In this document: one piece after another, positions 9,234 to 17,698 of the stretch
How positions within the stretch are numbered: the first letter of the stretch is position 1
Layout of the letters: each line of letters opens with the position of its first letter
Virus record (IMG/VR): IMGVR_UViG_2574180019_000004
Span: 1 to 39,225 of that record
DNA: 39,225 nucleotides
Source of the DNA: a virus
Taxonomy: Duplodnaviria; Heunggongvirae; Uroviricota; Caudoviricetes
Direction: 5' to 3' (one strand)
The notes under the pieces: generated by a model
Seen by the model: only the letters and a program-made list of their open reading frames with translations
The model's database searches: none
Told to the model about the DNA's origin: nothing
Position numbers and translations under genes: made by a program

Positions 9234-9749
9234 ATGGAAAGTAATATCAAAGGGTTAGTTGCCGCCGGGCATGAGATGGCTTCGGAACTGAAAGCAGAAT
9301 GTGGTGCCGTTGATATGCGCAGTGTGGCAAAGCTGATCAGCGATTTGGCAACGCAACTGGAAGTGCAACTGGTGCGTGCTAATGCGATGGCCGAAGACCA
9401 GCAGAAAGCGATTGAGTCAATTAAGCAGGCTGATGCAGCTGTTAAGTTGGCACACGAGAAGTTTTCGGCGCTGGCAGCAGAGAATGCGGAGCTTAAACAG
9501 TCGGAGAAGGAATTTAATAACTTCTGTCGTCAGGAGTACTACGGTTGGGAGGACAACTTCACGGAAACCCCAGCCACCGACGCTTTCCTGGCTGAAGTAC
9601 GGGCGCAGGCGTTTAATGACCTTTGCTCGGTGTTCGTTAAGCACGCGTCGGTGTCCGGGCTGGACGATGGCGACTGCGTTACGGTGAAAGAGGCGACTGA
9701 CGCCCTGCTGCATTGTGCGGAACAGCTTCACGAGGGAGTGCATTCATGA
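9234..9749 (+). CDS. Hypothetical phage protein (coiled-coil rich)
   Basis: 171-aa ORF with RBS AGGGTAAAG; no motif recognised. Confidence 0.55.
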   Translation: MESNIKGLVAAGHEMASELKAECGAVDMRSVAKLISDLATQLEVQLVRANAMAEDQQKAIESIKQADAAVKLAHEKFSALAAENAELKQSEKEFNNFCRQEYYGWEDNFTETPATDAFLAEVRAQAFNDLCSVFVKHASVSGLDDGDCVTVKEATDALLHCAEQLHEGVHS

Positions 9750-9979
9750 GCAACCTACTACCATGTCCATTCTGTGGCGGCGCAGCGCACGTTGCCAGCG
9801 AAGCAGATCACCCTGAATATGGCTCTGGCGGTCGATTCTATTTCGTTCGATGCGGTACGTGTCGCGCTCAATCTGGTAGCAAATATGCAGCGCCTGGAAA
9901 TGACTGCGCGATTTTTTATTCAGAGGTTAGAGCAGAGTGGAATCAGCGAGCAAAGGAGGCAACCAGTGAGCGAAATTAA
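9746..9979 (+). CDS. lar: Lar-family restriction alleviation protein
   Basis: N-terminal MSNLLPCPFCGG motif and second Cys pair (CGTC), WNQR near C-terminus, as in Rac RalR/Lar; RBS GAGGGAG. Confidence 0.75.
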   Translation: MSNLLPCPFCGGAAHVASEADHPEYGSGGRFYFVRCGTCRAQSGSKYAAPGNDCAIFYSEVRAEWNQRAKEATSERN

Positions 9980-10382
9980 TTACCAGGCACTGCGTGAGGC
10001 GGCGGAAGCAATAAAAGTCGTGGCAGCGCCGCAAAAATTGCTTGCCTTTCGCATGAAGGTCACGCCGCAGGTTGTGCTGGCCCTGCTGGATGAACGGGAA
10101 AGAAACCAGCAATACATCAAACGCCGCGACCAGGAGAACGAGGAGATTGCGCTAACGGTAGGGAAGCTGCGTGTTGAGCTTGAAGCAGAAAAACAGCGGG
10201 CAAAAGTTCTATTTATGGAAAATGCTCGGCTTAAGTCAGGCATAGCCGGTCTGATACACCTCGGTATTCGATATGCAGATGTTGAGGTCATGAAAATTGC
10301 TGGAGATGCCCAGCTTTCTACCCCATGCACTGACAGCATCATAAACAGCATTGCAACAGGCATTCGCATCAAAGGAGAGTGA
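9966..10382 (+). CDS. Hypothetical protein (Ea22-like, coiled coil)
   Basis: GTG start after strong RBS GGAGG; begins VSEINYQALREAAEA; overlaps lar 3' end. Confidence 0.5.
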   Translation: MSEINYQALREAAEAIKVVAAPQKLLAFRMKVTPQVVLALLDERERNQQYIKRRDQENEEIALTVGKLRVELEAEKQRAKVLFMENARLKSGIAGLIHLGIRYADVEVMKIAGDAQLSTPCTDSIINSIATGIRIKGE

Positions 10383-10383
10383 T

Positions 10384-10965
10384 ATGAGCGCTATAACCAA
10401 AGAACGTATCAAATTATTCATTAAAAATCCGCTTGATAACGGACTTACTCGTGGCGAACAAATGGAACTGGCACGAATTGCACTGGCATCACTGGGAGCA
10501 GAACCTGTAAGCCAAACTTACAACTTGCCAGAATTAATCGAAGGCATGGAGGTTTCCATTGATGTAAGCACTTGTGATGCGGATTTAGGTAATCGCTATT
10601 TCGGTACCGTCACCGAGGCGTTAGAACTTGATACTGCCAAGAATGGTTACATCCTCCTGGTTCAGGACGCAGAGCCAAACTTCGATATAAATGGCAACTC
10701 TCCGGTAACTCCGGATGGTTGGGTTATAGTGCCGAAGAAACTAACCGCTGAGAACGGCGCTAAGGGTGTGCTATCCGGTGAATTTTCAGAAACGACGTTT
10801 ATAAGCTGCCCGGAATGTTTTGGCGATGATGATTGCGATACCTGTGACGGTAGCGGGCGGATTGAAATTAAAGTACCAGTCACGTGGACGACCATAAAAT
10901 CCATCTGGGATAAAGGTATTGCGTATTTTGCAGCAGAACCGAGGCAGGAGGTTAACCGTGGCTAA
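10384..10965 (+). CDS. DUF551-like protein with C-terminal zinc ribbon
   Basis: NGNSPVTPDGW motif; CPECFGDDDCDTCDGSGR zinc ribbon; shares DNA modules with next gene. Confidence 0.6.
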   Translation: MSAITKERIKLFIKNPLDNGLTRGEQMELARIALASLGAEPVSQTYNLPELIEGMEVSIDVSTCDADLGNRYFGTVTEALELDTAKNGYILLVQDAEPNFDINGNSPVTPDGWVIVPKKLTAENGAKGVLSGEFSETTFISCPECFGDDDCDTCDGSGRIEIKVPVTWTTIKSIWDKGIAYFAAEPRQEVNRG

Positions 10966-11575
10966 CCTGCAACTTGCCGTCAAAGGTGAATACTTCGATG
11001 CCATGCTTCAGGGTAGCCAACCTGTAAGCCAAACTTACAAGTTGCCAGTTAATACACCTTGCCAAGATGCGCCAGCCCATATCTGGCTGCAAACAGCTGG
11101 AGTATGGCCAGAAGATGGCGAGTTAAGCGAATTAACGTGGTGCAGCCACAATCAGCACCATGATGACACGCTATATGTTCGAGCTGACTTGGTAAATGGC
11201 AACTCTCCGGTAACTCCGGATGGTTTATCCACGGTATGCGCTGAGGCTTATCAGGTTGTAGGAGTTATGGCAGATGCGCTTGGTGTATTCGGTGATGCAG
11301 CAGTACAGAAAGTTCTGGATAACCTGTCACAGCAAAAACTTGTTCACAGAGATGTGCTGCCGTTCTCGCGTCCGGTAACTCCGGATGGTTGGATAAGCTG
11401 TAGTGAGCGAATGCCCCCTCAAGATGATTGGATTTTAATTTATTCAAAGCACGGCGAGTATATGGCAGGACAGGTACAAGGGGAATACGTGGAGTTGAGC
11501 GACGGCACTTTATCGTGGTTAGGGAACGCCTTGTTCTGGATGCCGCTACCAGAACCGCCGCAGGAGGCGAAATGA
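10958..11575 (+). CDS. DUF551 domain protein (mosaic paralog)
   Basis: GTG start after AGGAGG; NGNSPVTPDG and RPVTPDGWISCSERMPP motifs; N-terminal 16 aa nearly identical to the ASCH-like gene at 11832. Confidence 0.6.
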   Translation: MANLQLAVKGEYFDAMLQGSQPVSQTYKLPVNTPCQDAPAHIWLQTAGVWPEDGELSELTWCSHNQHHDDTLYVRADLVNGNSPVTPDGLSTVCAEAYQVVGVMADALGVFGDAAVQKVLDNLSQQKLVHRDVLPFSRPVTPDGWISCSERMPPQDDWILIYSKHGEYMAGQVQGEYVELSDGTLSWLGNALFWMPLPEPPQEAK

Positions 11576-11832
11576 TGGATGTAAAAGAGAAGGTTTTGCA
11601 GGTGATGCGTTCCCGGGCTGCCCTGCAAGATAAAGCTCTCGGCGGGGAATATCCATTCAGGATGGCAACCTGGAATCTGCGGTTGGCAATGGAGAAGGAA
11701 TTTCCTGATGAAGAATGGCGTTCGGCAGATTTGCGCAAAATTCTTATGGAGCTGGCTAAAGACGGAACAGTATCCAAAGATACCCATGCCAGCCGGATTG
11801 GTCAGGCGGTATGGAGACTGGAGGTGAGGTAA
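11572..11832 (+). CDS. Hypothetical protein (86 aa)
   Basis: ATGA overlap with upstream stop; AGGAGG RBS. Confidence 0.5.
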   Translation: MMDVKEKVLQVMRSRAALQDKALGGEYPFRMATWNLRLAMEKEFPDEEWRSADLRKILMELAKDGTVSKDTHASRIGQAVWRLEVR

Positions 11833-12113
11833 TGGCTAACCTGCAACTTGCCGTTAAAGGTGAATACTTCGATGCCATGATTCGAGGGGAGAAAACGGAA
11901 GAGTATCGCCTGTGTAATGACTACTGGAATAAGCGCCTCGTTAACCGTAAGTATGACCGCCTGATTATCACAAAGGGATATCCGAAGCGCGAAGACTTCA
12001 GTCGCAGAATTGACGTCCCGTATAACGGATATGAAATAAAAACAATCACACATCCACACTTCGGTGATAAACCGGTAAAGGTGTTCGCGATAAAGGTAAA
12101 TATTGATGGCTAA
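11832..12113 (+). CDS. ASCH/PUA-like small protein
   Basis: 93 aa MANLQLAVKGEYFDAMIRGEKTEEYRL...; fold assignment from memory, unverified. Confidence 0.45.
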   Translation: MANLQLAVKGEYFDAMIRGEKTEEYRLCNDYWNKRLVNRKYDRLIITKGYPKREDFSRRIDVPYNGYEIKTITHPHFGDKPVKVFAIKVNIDG

Positions 12114-12444
12114 ATCAGCAGCAGAGCGCAAAGCCGCTCAGAGAGCCAGACAAGCTGCATCTGGTGTGCGTAAGCTGGAGATTGTGCTTGATGCTCAGGA
12201 AATTGAAATGCTGGAGCGTAACTGTGCCACACGTCGCCCCGGGCGTGCGCCTTACGAATTTGGTGAGTATATAGCGTTACTGATCCGCCAGGATGATGCA
12301 CGCGTGCGCGGGCATATAAAATCGATCAGCAGAAAACGTTGCGGTAAGTGCGGCGAGAGAGTTCCAGTTAATTCATGCCCGTGTAATGGTGACTCGCAAT
12401 GCTGGGTGACTAAAGGCTGGCATGAAACGAAATTAATAGTGTGA
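12106..12444 (+). CDS. Zinc-finger protein, candidate late-gene regulator
   Basis: C-terminal CGKCGERVPVNSCPCNGDSQC; last gene before terminator/operator/terS; stop codon lies inside GTGACATGTCAC palindrome. Confidence 0.5.
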   Translation: MAKSAAERKAAQRARQAASGVRKLEIVLDAQEIEMLERNCATRRPGRAPYEFGEYIALLIRQDDARVRGHIKSISRKRCGKCGERVPVNSCPCNGDSQCWVTKGWHETKLIV

Positions 12445-12452
12445 CATGTCAC
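12441..12452. repeat. Palindrome GTGACATGTCAC (copy 1 of 3)
   Basis: Exact 12-bp palindrome; terminator hairpin follows at 12494. Confidence 0.6.
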
Positions 12453-12493
12453 GAGTAGATTATGCATGATGAATTTGATGTGTTTTGAATACT

Positions 12494-12519
12494 GCCGCCA
12501 ACTATGGCGGCTTTATTTT
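12494..12519 (+). terminator. Rho-independent terminator upstream of terS
   Basis: gccgcc-aactat-ggcggc followed by tttatttt. Confidence 0.6.
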
Positions 12520-12530
12520 GCATGTTACTA

Positions 12531-12563
12531 TTACCACAACGGTAACTATTACCACGGTGGTTA
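12531..12563. promoter_or_regulatory. Operator palindromes immediately upstream of terS
   Basis: Perfect TTACCacaacGGTAA 12531-12545 and imperfect TTACCacggtGGTtA 12549-12563. Confidence 0.55.
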
Positions 12564-12565
12564 TG

Positions 12566-13159
12566 ATGCCTGCTGAACCTAAAACCTATAAACGCAAATC
12601 AACGCAATTTAAGCCACTAACAGCAATGCAGGAGGCTTATTGCCAGTCATACATCAAAACGCCTGAAAACCAGACTCAGGCAGCGATTAACGCAGGATTC
12701 TCCCCAAATACAGCGGCAGTTAAAGCCAGTGTCATGATGCGCGATGAACGCATTCAAAAACGGATTGCCGAGTTGATGGAGGAGCGCAACAAACGAATGC
12801 GCGTCAGTGCTGATTACGTTCTCATGCGCCTGGTGGAGATCGACCAGATGGACGTGATCGACATCCTCAACGACGATGGGAGCCTTAAACCAATCCGTGA
12901 GTGGCCGAAAATCTGGCGCACTACGCTTAGTGGCTTTGATCTGTCATCGACCATCATGAACATGAACGAGGATTCGATAGAGACAATCCTCAAAAAAATT
13001 AAATGGCCTGACAAGGTGAAGAACCTTGAGCTGATTGGTAAGCATGTTGATGTCAACGCGTTCAAAGAACGTCTGGATGTTAATGTGAATGTGACAATTG
13101 CTGATCGCATAGCAGCAGCCAGGAAGAGACTGAAAGAACGTCAGGATGGCAATAAGTGA
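12566..13159 (+). CDS. terS: Terminase small subunit
   Basis: Conserved TerS-like region AYCQSYIKTPENQTQAAINAGFSPNTAAVKASVMMRD; directly upstream of and overlapping terL; N-terminal part of the tracked ORF treated as non-coding. Confidence 0.8.
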   Translation: MPAEPKTYKRKSTQFKPLTAMQEAYCQSYIKTPENQTQAAINAGFSPNTAAVKASVMMRDERIQKRIAELMEERNKRMRVSADYVLMRLVEIDQMDVIDILNDDGSLKPIREWPKIWRTTLSGFDLSSTIMNMNEDSIETILKKIKWPDKVKNLELIGKHVDVNAFKERLDVNVNVTIADRIAAARKRLKERQDGNK

Positions 13160-14631
13160 CAGATACAGCGTTATCTCCTGAAGATCAGTTAATCGAGGAT
13201 ATTGCAGGGTTCACTCACGATCCGCTTGGCTATGCCCTCTATGCGTTCCCGTGGGGGGAAGAGGGTACTGAACTGGCACATGCCACCGGTCCACGTCAGT
13301 GGCAGGCCGATGCGTTCCGAGAGATACGTGATCACCTGCAGAATCCAGAGACGCGCTATCAGCCGCTTATGCTGGCACGCGCTTCTGGTCACGGTATTGG
13401 TAAATCCGCATTCATCTCAATGCTGATCAACTGGGGCATGTCCACTTGCGAGGATTGTAAGGTCGTGGTGACCGCCAACACCGACAACCAGCTACGAACG
13501 AAGACCTGGCCGGAAATTATCAAGTGGTCGAACCTTGCTATCACGAAAGAGTGGTTTACCTGTACCGCTACCGCGATGTACAGCAATGACCCTGGGCACG
13601 ACAAGCGGTGGCGAGCTGACGCAATCCCCTGGTCTGAGCACAACACTGAGGCATTCGCCGGACTACACAACGAGCGAAAACGCATCATCGTGGTATTCGA
13701 TGAAGCGTCGAACATTGCGGATCTGGTGTGGGAAGTTGCTGAGGGTGCGCTTACGGACGAAGACACTGAGATTATCTGGGTGGCGTTCGGAAACCCTACA
13801 CGTAACACCGGACGTTTCCGCGAATGTTTCCGCAAATATAAACACCGCTGGAAAACTGCGCAGATTGACAGCCGAACGGTGGAAGGCACTAACAAACAGC
13901 AGTTGCAGAAATGGGTTGATGACTACGGGGAAGACAGCGACTTCGTTAAAATCCGTGTGCGCGGCATATTCCCTGATGCATCTGAATTGCAGTTTATCCC
14001 TACCGGTCTTACTGATGAGGCAATGAAACGGGTGGTAACCGCTGCGCAGGTGGCGCATGCTCCGGTGATAATCGGTGTTGACCCGGCATATTCAGGCGTT
14101 GATGACGCGGTGATATACCTGCGGCAGGGGCTACACAGTAAGGTGCTGTGGACTGGCAACAAGACTACCGACGATCTGATTATGGCGAAGCGTATCGCTG
14201 ACTTTGAAGACCAGTATCAGGCTGACGCGGTGTTCATCGACTTCGGTTACGGAACCGGTCTGAAGTCAATCGGTGACGGATGGGGTCGTACATGGCAACT
14301 TGTTCCGTTCGGTGGCGCGTCTACTGACCCGCAGATGCTCAACAAGCGTGGGGAGATGTTCAATTCATGCAAGACATGGCTGAGGCTGGGCGGCATGCTG
14401 GATGACCAGGAAACAGCAGACGACCTGTCGGCGGCAGAGTACAAAGTTCGAGTGGATGGTAAAATCGTTATCGAACCGAAGGAAGATATCAAGGAGCGGA
14501 TTGGGCGTTCGCCGGGTAAAGGCGATGCGCTACTGCTGACGTTTGCGTTCCCTGTGTCTAAGCGTCTGCAAATTCCCGGGCAGCAGAACCAGCAAGGCAA
14601 GGCCATCACAGATTACGATCCCTATGCTTAA
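13156..14631 (+). CDS. terL: Terminase large subunit
   Basis: Walker A-like ASGHGIGKSAF and Walker B-like IIVVFDEAS; GTGA overlap with terS stop. Confidence 0.85.
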   Translation: MTDTALSPEDQLIEDIAGFTHDPLGYALYAFPWGEEGTELAHATGPRQWQADAFREIRDHLQNPETRYQPLMLARASGHGIGKSAFISMLINWGMSTCEDCKVVVTANTDNQLRTKTWPEIIKWSNLAITKEWFTCTATAMYSNDPGHDKRWRADAIPWSEHNTEAFAGLHNERKRIIVVFDEASNIADLVWEVAEGALTDEDTEIIWVAFGNPTRNTGRFRECFRKYKHRWKTAQIDSRTVEGTNKQQLQKWVDDYGEDSDFVKIRVRGIFPDASELQFIPTGLTDEAMKRVVTAAQVAHAPVIIGVDPAYSGVDDAVIYLRQGLHSKVLWTGNKTTDDLIMAKRIADFEDQYQADAVFIDFGYGTGLKSIGDGWGRTWQLVPFGGASTDPQMLNKRGEMFNSCKTWLRLGGMLDDQETADDLSAAEYKVRVDGKIVIEPKEDIKERIGRSPGKGDALLLTFAFPVSKRLQIPGQQNQQGKAITDYDPYA

Positions 14632-14671
14632 TCCGCTGGTTGGGATAATGTCGTTGATATCCTCTGATGAG

Positions 14672-14705
14672 GATAAAACAAAGCCAGCTCATCGGCTGGC
14701 TGTTT
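14672..14705. terminator. Bidirectional intrinsic terminator between terL and convergent moron gene
   Basis: gccagc-tcatcg-gctggc with A-run upstream and tgtttg downstream. Confidence 0.6.
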
Positions 14706-14717
14706 GTGACATGTCAC
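14706..14717. repeat. Palindrome GTGACATGTCAC (copy 2 of 3)
   Basis: Exact copy immediately after the terminator hairpin. Confidence 0.6.
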
Positions 14718-14721
14718 GGTG

Positions 14722-15096
14722 TTATTGCTCGCTTAGCTTCTGCTTCAGCAAGTAACCTTCGAGCATCCAGATTTTGTTTACAGCATTCTGCCGGGCAATC
14801 TTCCTACCAATTTCTGCATCAAAGTTTTCCGGGCTTGCACAGGCACTCTCTCCGGTAACGGTGAAGCCATTCTTCAGTACCAATACGCAGAAAGTGAGAA
14901 GGTGCAGAGCATCAGGGGTGGCTTCGACATAAGGCTCCGGATTATAAATAAGGTCATCTTCTTTAGCCTGGTGGTCACCCTGCGCAGCAGTGAAAAAATG
15001 CTCACTGCAAATGAGGCCTTCAATTTTCTCGGGTGTTACACGCGGTGCCGTTTTGCCTTTCTCAACGATTTCTTTTTCGATTTGCTGGTCGTTCAT
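14722..15096 (-). CDS. Hypothetical protein (moron, opposite strand to packaging/head genes)
   Basis: 124-aa ORF with strong RBS AAGGTGAG 4 nt before ATG; co-oriented with tRNA; no motif recognised. Confidence 0.6.
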   Translation of the reverse strand: MNDQQIEKEIVEKGKTAPRVTPEKIEGLICSEHFFTAAQGDHQAKEDDLIYNPEPYVEATPDALHLLTFCVLVLKNGFTVTGESACASPENFDAEIGRKIARQNAVNKIWMLEGYLLKQKLSEQ

Positions 15097-15207
15097 AATC
15101 TCACCTTAAAAAAATGCCCGGCGAACCAGGCGAACTGGAAGCAATGAGTTATGCCTTCCGTGGCTGTACGGGTTTACAGCATGAAGTCATCGCAATGGCG
15201 TCCTGCT

Positions 15208-15251
15208 GTAAAAAGGGCGGTGATAGTCCTTCAAGGGAACCATCACCGCCA
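15208..15251 (-). terminator. Candidate terminator downstream of tRNA
   Basis: gggcggtgat ... atcaccgcc 9-bp stem with 17-nt loop, followed on minus strand by UUUU. Confidence 0.45.
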
Positions 15252-15293
15252 AGCACCTGGAACTTCTGGCATCACGGTCCTTAGGCGTGATTC

Positions 15294-15370
15294 TGGCGTG
15301 GCATGCAGGATTCGAACCTGCGACCAACCGCTTAGAAGGCGGTTGCTCTGTCCGACTGAGCTAATGCCAC
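15294..15370 (-). tRNA. tRNA-Arg (anticodon UCU)
   Basis: Minus-strand 77-nt cloverleaf folded by hand: acceptor GTGGCAT/ATGCCAC, D-stem GCTC/GAGC, anticodon stem ACCGC/GCGGT with loop CTTCTAA, T-arm GCAGG-TTCGAAT-CCTGC, discriminator G, encoded CCA. Confidence 0.9.
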
Positions 15371-15692
15371 AACGCTGAGAGCACTTAGCCTGTTAAGGCG
15401 CCACACTTTGTCGCGGCTCCATAAATGCTCTCATCGTTGTACCCTCGTCTCTTCCGAGGCGTCACACCGAATCGCCGGGATGGTGAATCCCCGTGCGCGG
15501 AATAAAACCGCTCGACTTGCACATTCCGGCTACCTGGTTCGTTTGCCCGAGCAAGGGAGGGTGCCCCTTAAACGTATCCAGACCGCTATCGTCGCATGTG
15601 CCATACGCCGTACTGCTCAAAATAAAAGCTCACTCCACCTGTTCAATTTAACGACAAGCCAGTCAGGTTAGTAACCGGAATGAGCTCTTTGG

Positions 15693-15707
15693 TTACCTTA
15701 AAGGTAA
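15693..15707. promoter_or_regulatory. Perfect operator palindrome upstream of head operon
   Basis: TTACCttaaaGGTAA; ATGTGGTT motif at 15753 between it and gene start. Confidence 0.6.
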
Positions 15708-15797
15708 TAATTCGTGCGTTAAATGTCAACTACCTACGATAAATAAATCATATGTGGTTAAATTGGTAATAATTTAATTGCGTACGGAGTCATTGAT

Positions 15798-16004
15798 ATG
15801 TGCATGGGTAGCTCACCATCAGTGCCTGCAACACCAGAAGTTCAGGCAGCACCACAGGAGCAGGATGCCGCCGTTGTTGATGCCCGCGACGAAGAAACAC
15901 GTCGCCGTCGCGCTGCTGCTGGTCGTAGTTCTACGCTGCTTACTGGTTCTCAGGGCGACACATCAACCGCTAATACCAGCGGTAAAACGCTGCTTGGTCA
16001 GTAA
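15798..16004 (+). CDS. Small hypothetical protein upstream of portal
   Basis: 68-aa ORF MCMGSSPSVPATPEV..., low complexity; weak support. Confidence 0.4.
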   Translation: MCMGSSPSVPATPEVQAAPQEQDAAVVDARDEETRRRRAAAGRSSTLLTGSQGDTSTANTSGKTLLGQ

Positions 16005-16018
16005 CCGGAGTCATTGAA

Positions 16019-17698
16019 ATGGCGGAAACAACTAAAGAGCGATTGAACAAACAGTTCGCACAACTTGAAAGCGAGCGTCAGTCGTTCGAGCCGCACTGGC
16101 GCGAGTTGAGTGATTACATCAACCCGCGTGGTTCCCGCTTTCTGACTTCAGAGGTCAACCGTAACGATCGACGCAATGCACGCATTATTGATTCGACCGG
16201 GACTATGGCGGCGCGCACTCTCGCCAGCGGCATGATGTCAGGCATCACAAGCCCCGCGCGTCCGTGGTTTCGCCTGGCTACGCCAGATCCTGAAATGATG
16301 GATTATGGCCCTGTTAAGTTGTGGCTTGAGGCGGTGCAGAACCGCATGAACGATATGTTCAATAAGTCGAATCTCTACCAGTCTCTTCCGCAGTTATACG
16401 GAAGCCTCGGCACATACAGCACTGGTGCAATGGCAGTGCTGGAGGATGACGAGGACATCATTCGTACAATGCCATTCCCGATAGGCAGTTACTACCTGGC
16501 TAACTCACCTCGTGGCAGTGTTGACACCTGTTTTCGCAAGTTCTCTATGACTGTTCGTCAGCTTGTTCAGGAGTTCGGGCTAAATAACGTCAGCGAATCC
16601 GTAAAAAGCATGTGGGAAAGCGGCACCTACGAGAAGTGGATCGAAGTGATGCATTCGGTTTACCCGAACATTGACCGCGATACATCGAAGCTGGATAGCA
16701 AGAACAAGCCATTCAAATCGGTTTATTACGAGGTTGGCGGCGATAACGACAAGTTGTTGCGTGAGTCCGGATTCGATGAGTTTCCAATTATGGCTCCGCG
16801 CTGGGAAGTTAACGGCGAAGATGTTTATGGATCATCATGCCCGGGTATGCTGGCGCTTGGACCTGTTAAGGCATTGCAGCTTCTCCAGAAGCGCAAGTCG
16901 CAGTTGATTGATAAAGCCACCAATCCGCCGATGGTTGCTCCGACTTCCCTCAAGAATCAGCGCGCCTCCCTTCTTCCTGGCGACATCACGTATATCGATC
17001 AGATTACTGGTCAGGATGGTTTCAGGCCTGCTTATCTGGTTAACCCCAGTACAGCAGATCTGGTGGCAGACATTCAGGACACTCGCCAAATCATTAACAG
17101 CGCCTACTTTGTCGATCTGTTCATGATGTTGCAGAACATCAATACCCGCTCGATGCCTGTTGAAGCGGTGATCGAAATGAAAGAAGAAAAACTTCTGATG
17201 TTGGGGCCGGTTCTGGAGCGTCTGAACGACGAATGTCTTAATCCTCTCATTGACCGCGCTTTCTCTATGATGGTGCGTAAAAACATGCTGCCGCCACCGC
17301 CTGACGCGATGGAAGGCATGCCCCTGAAGGTCGAATACATTTCCGTCATGGCTCAGGCGCAGAAGTCTATCGGCCTGTCCAGTCTGGCGTCCACGGTTAA
17401 CTTCATTGGTCAACTTGCGCAAGCGAAACCAGAAGCTCTCGACAAACTCAACGTTGATCAGGCGATCGATGCATTCGCTGATATGTCCGGAGTGTCTCCA
17501 ACCGTCATTGTTCCGCAGGAACAGGTTGAGCAGGCTCGCCAGCAACGGGCACAGCAACAACAGCAGCAACAAATGATGGCGATGGGGATGGCGGCGGCAC
17601 AGGGTGCCAAGACGCTAAGTGAAGCTAAAACTTCGGATCCGAGTGTTTTGTCAGCTATGGCGAATGCAGTTAGTGGTCAGGGTGGGCAATCACAATGA
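16019..17698 (+). CDS. Portal protein (T7 gp8-like head-to-tail connector)
   Basis: 559 aa; position after terminase; C-terminal Q/A/M-rich tail (QQRAQQQQQQQMMAMGMAAAQG) resembles remembered T7 portal C-terminus. Confidence 0.8.
   Translation: MAETTKERLNKQFAQLESERQSFEPHWRELSDYINPRGSRFLTSEVNRNDRRNARIIDSTGTMAARTLASGMMSGITSPARPWFRLATPDPEMMDYGPVKLWLEAVQNRMNDMFNKSNLYQSLPQLYGSLGTYSTGAMAVLEDDEDIIRTMPFPIGSYYLANSPRGSVDTCFRKFSMTVRQLVQEFGLNNVSESVKSMWESGTYEKWIEVMHSVYPNIDRDTSKLDSKNKPFKSVYYEVGGDNDKLLRESGFDEFPIMAPRWEVNGEDVYGSSCPGMLALGPVKALQLLQKRKSQLIDKATNPPMVAPTSLKNQRASLLPGDITYIDQITGQDGFRPAYLVNPSTADLVADIQDTRQIINSAYFVDLFMMLQNINTRSMPVEAVIEMKEEKLLMLGPVLERLNDECLNPLIDRAFSMMVRKNMLPPPPDAMEGMPLKVEYISVMAQAQKSIGLSSLASTVNFIGQLAQAKPEALDKLNVDQAIDAFADMSGVSPTVIVPQEQVEQARQQRAQQQQQQQMMAMGMAAAQGAKTLSEAKTSDPSVLSAMANAVSGQGGQSQ

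Noticed and set aside
12441-12452. GTGACATGTCAC as a CRP or LexA site
   Set aside because: CRP needs TGTGA-N6-TCACA and LexA needs CTGT-N8-ACAG; the spacing here matches neither
12485-12565. N-terminal extension of the terS ORF (MNTAANYGGFILHVTITTTV...)
   Set aside because: Covers a terminator hairpin and operator repeats; repetitive T/I/V translation is an artefact of the ttactattacca repeats; start moved to ATG 12566
15151-15671. Plus-strand ORFs 15151-15378 and 15408-15671 and a possible second tRNA near 15440-15560
   Set aside because: ORFs overlap the tRNA and terminator on the opposite strand and have no start signals; no second cloverleaf with T-loop and acceptor pairing could be folded by hand
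16835-17572. 245-aa minus-strand ORF inside the portal gene, and similar antisense ORFs in capsid/tail genes (18123-18704, 20231-20710, 21258-21947, 29516-29935, 30334-30795)
   Set aside because: Antisense to long, well-supported structural genes; Leu/Arg-rich low-complexity translations; no independent start signals
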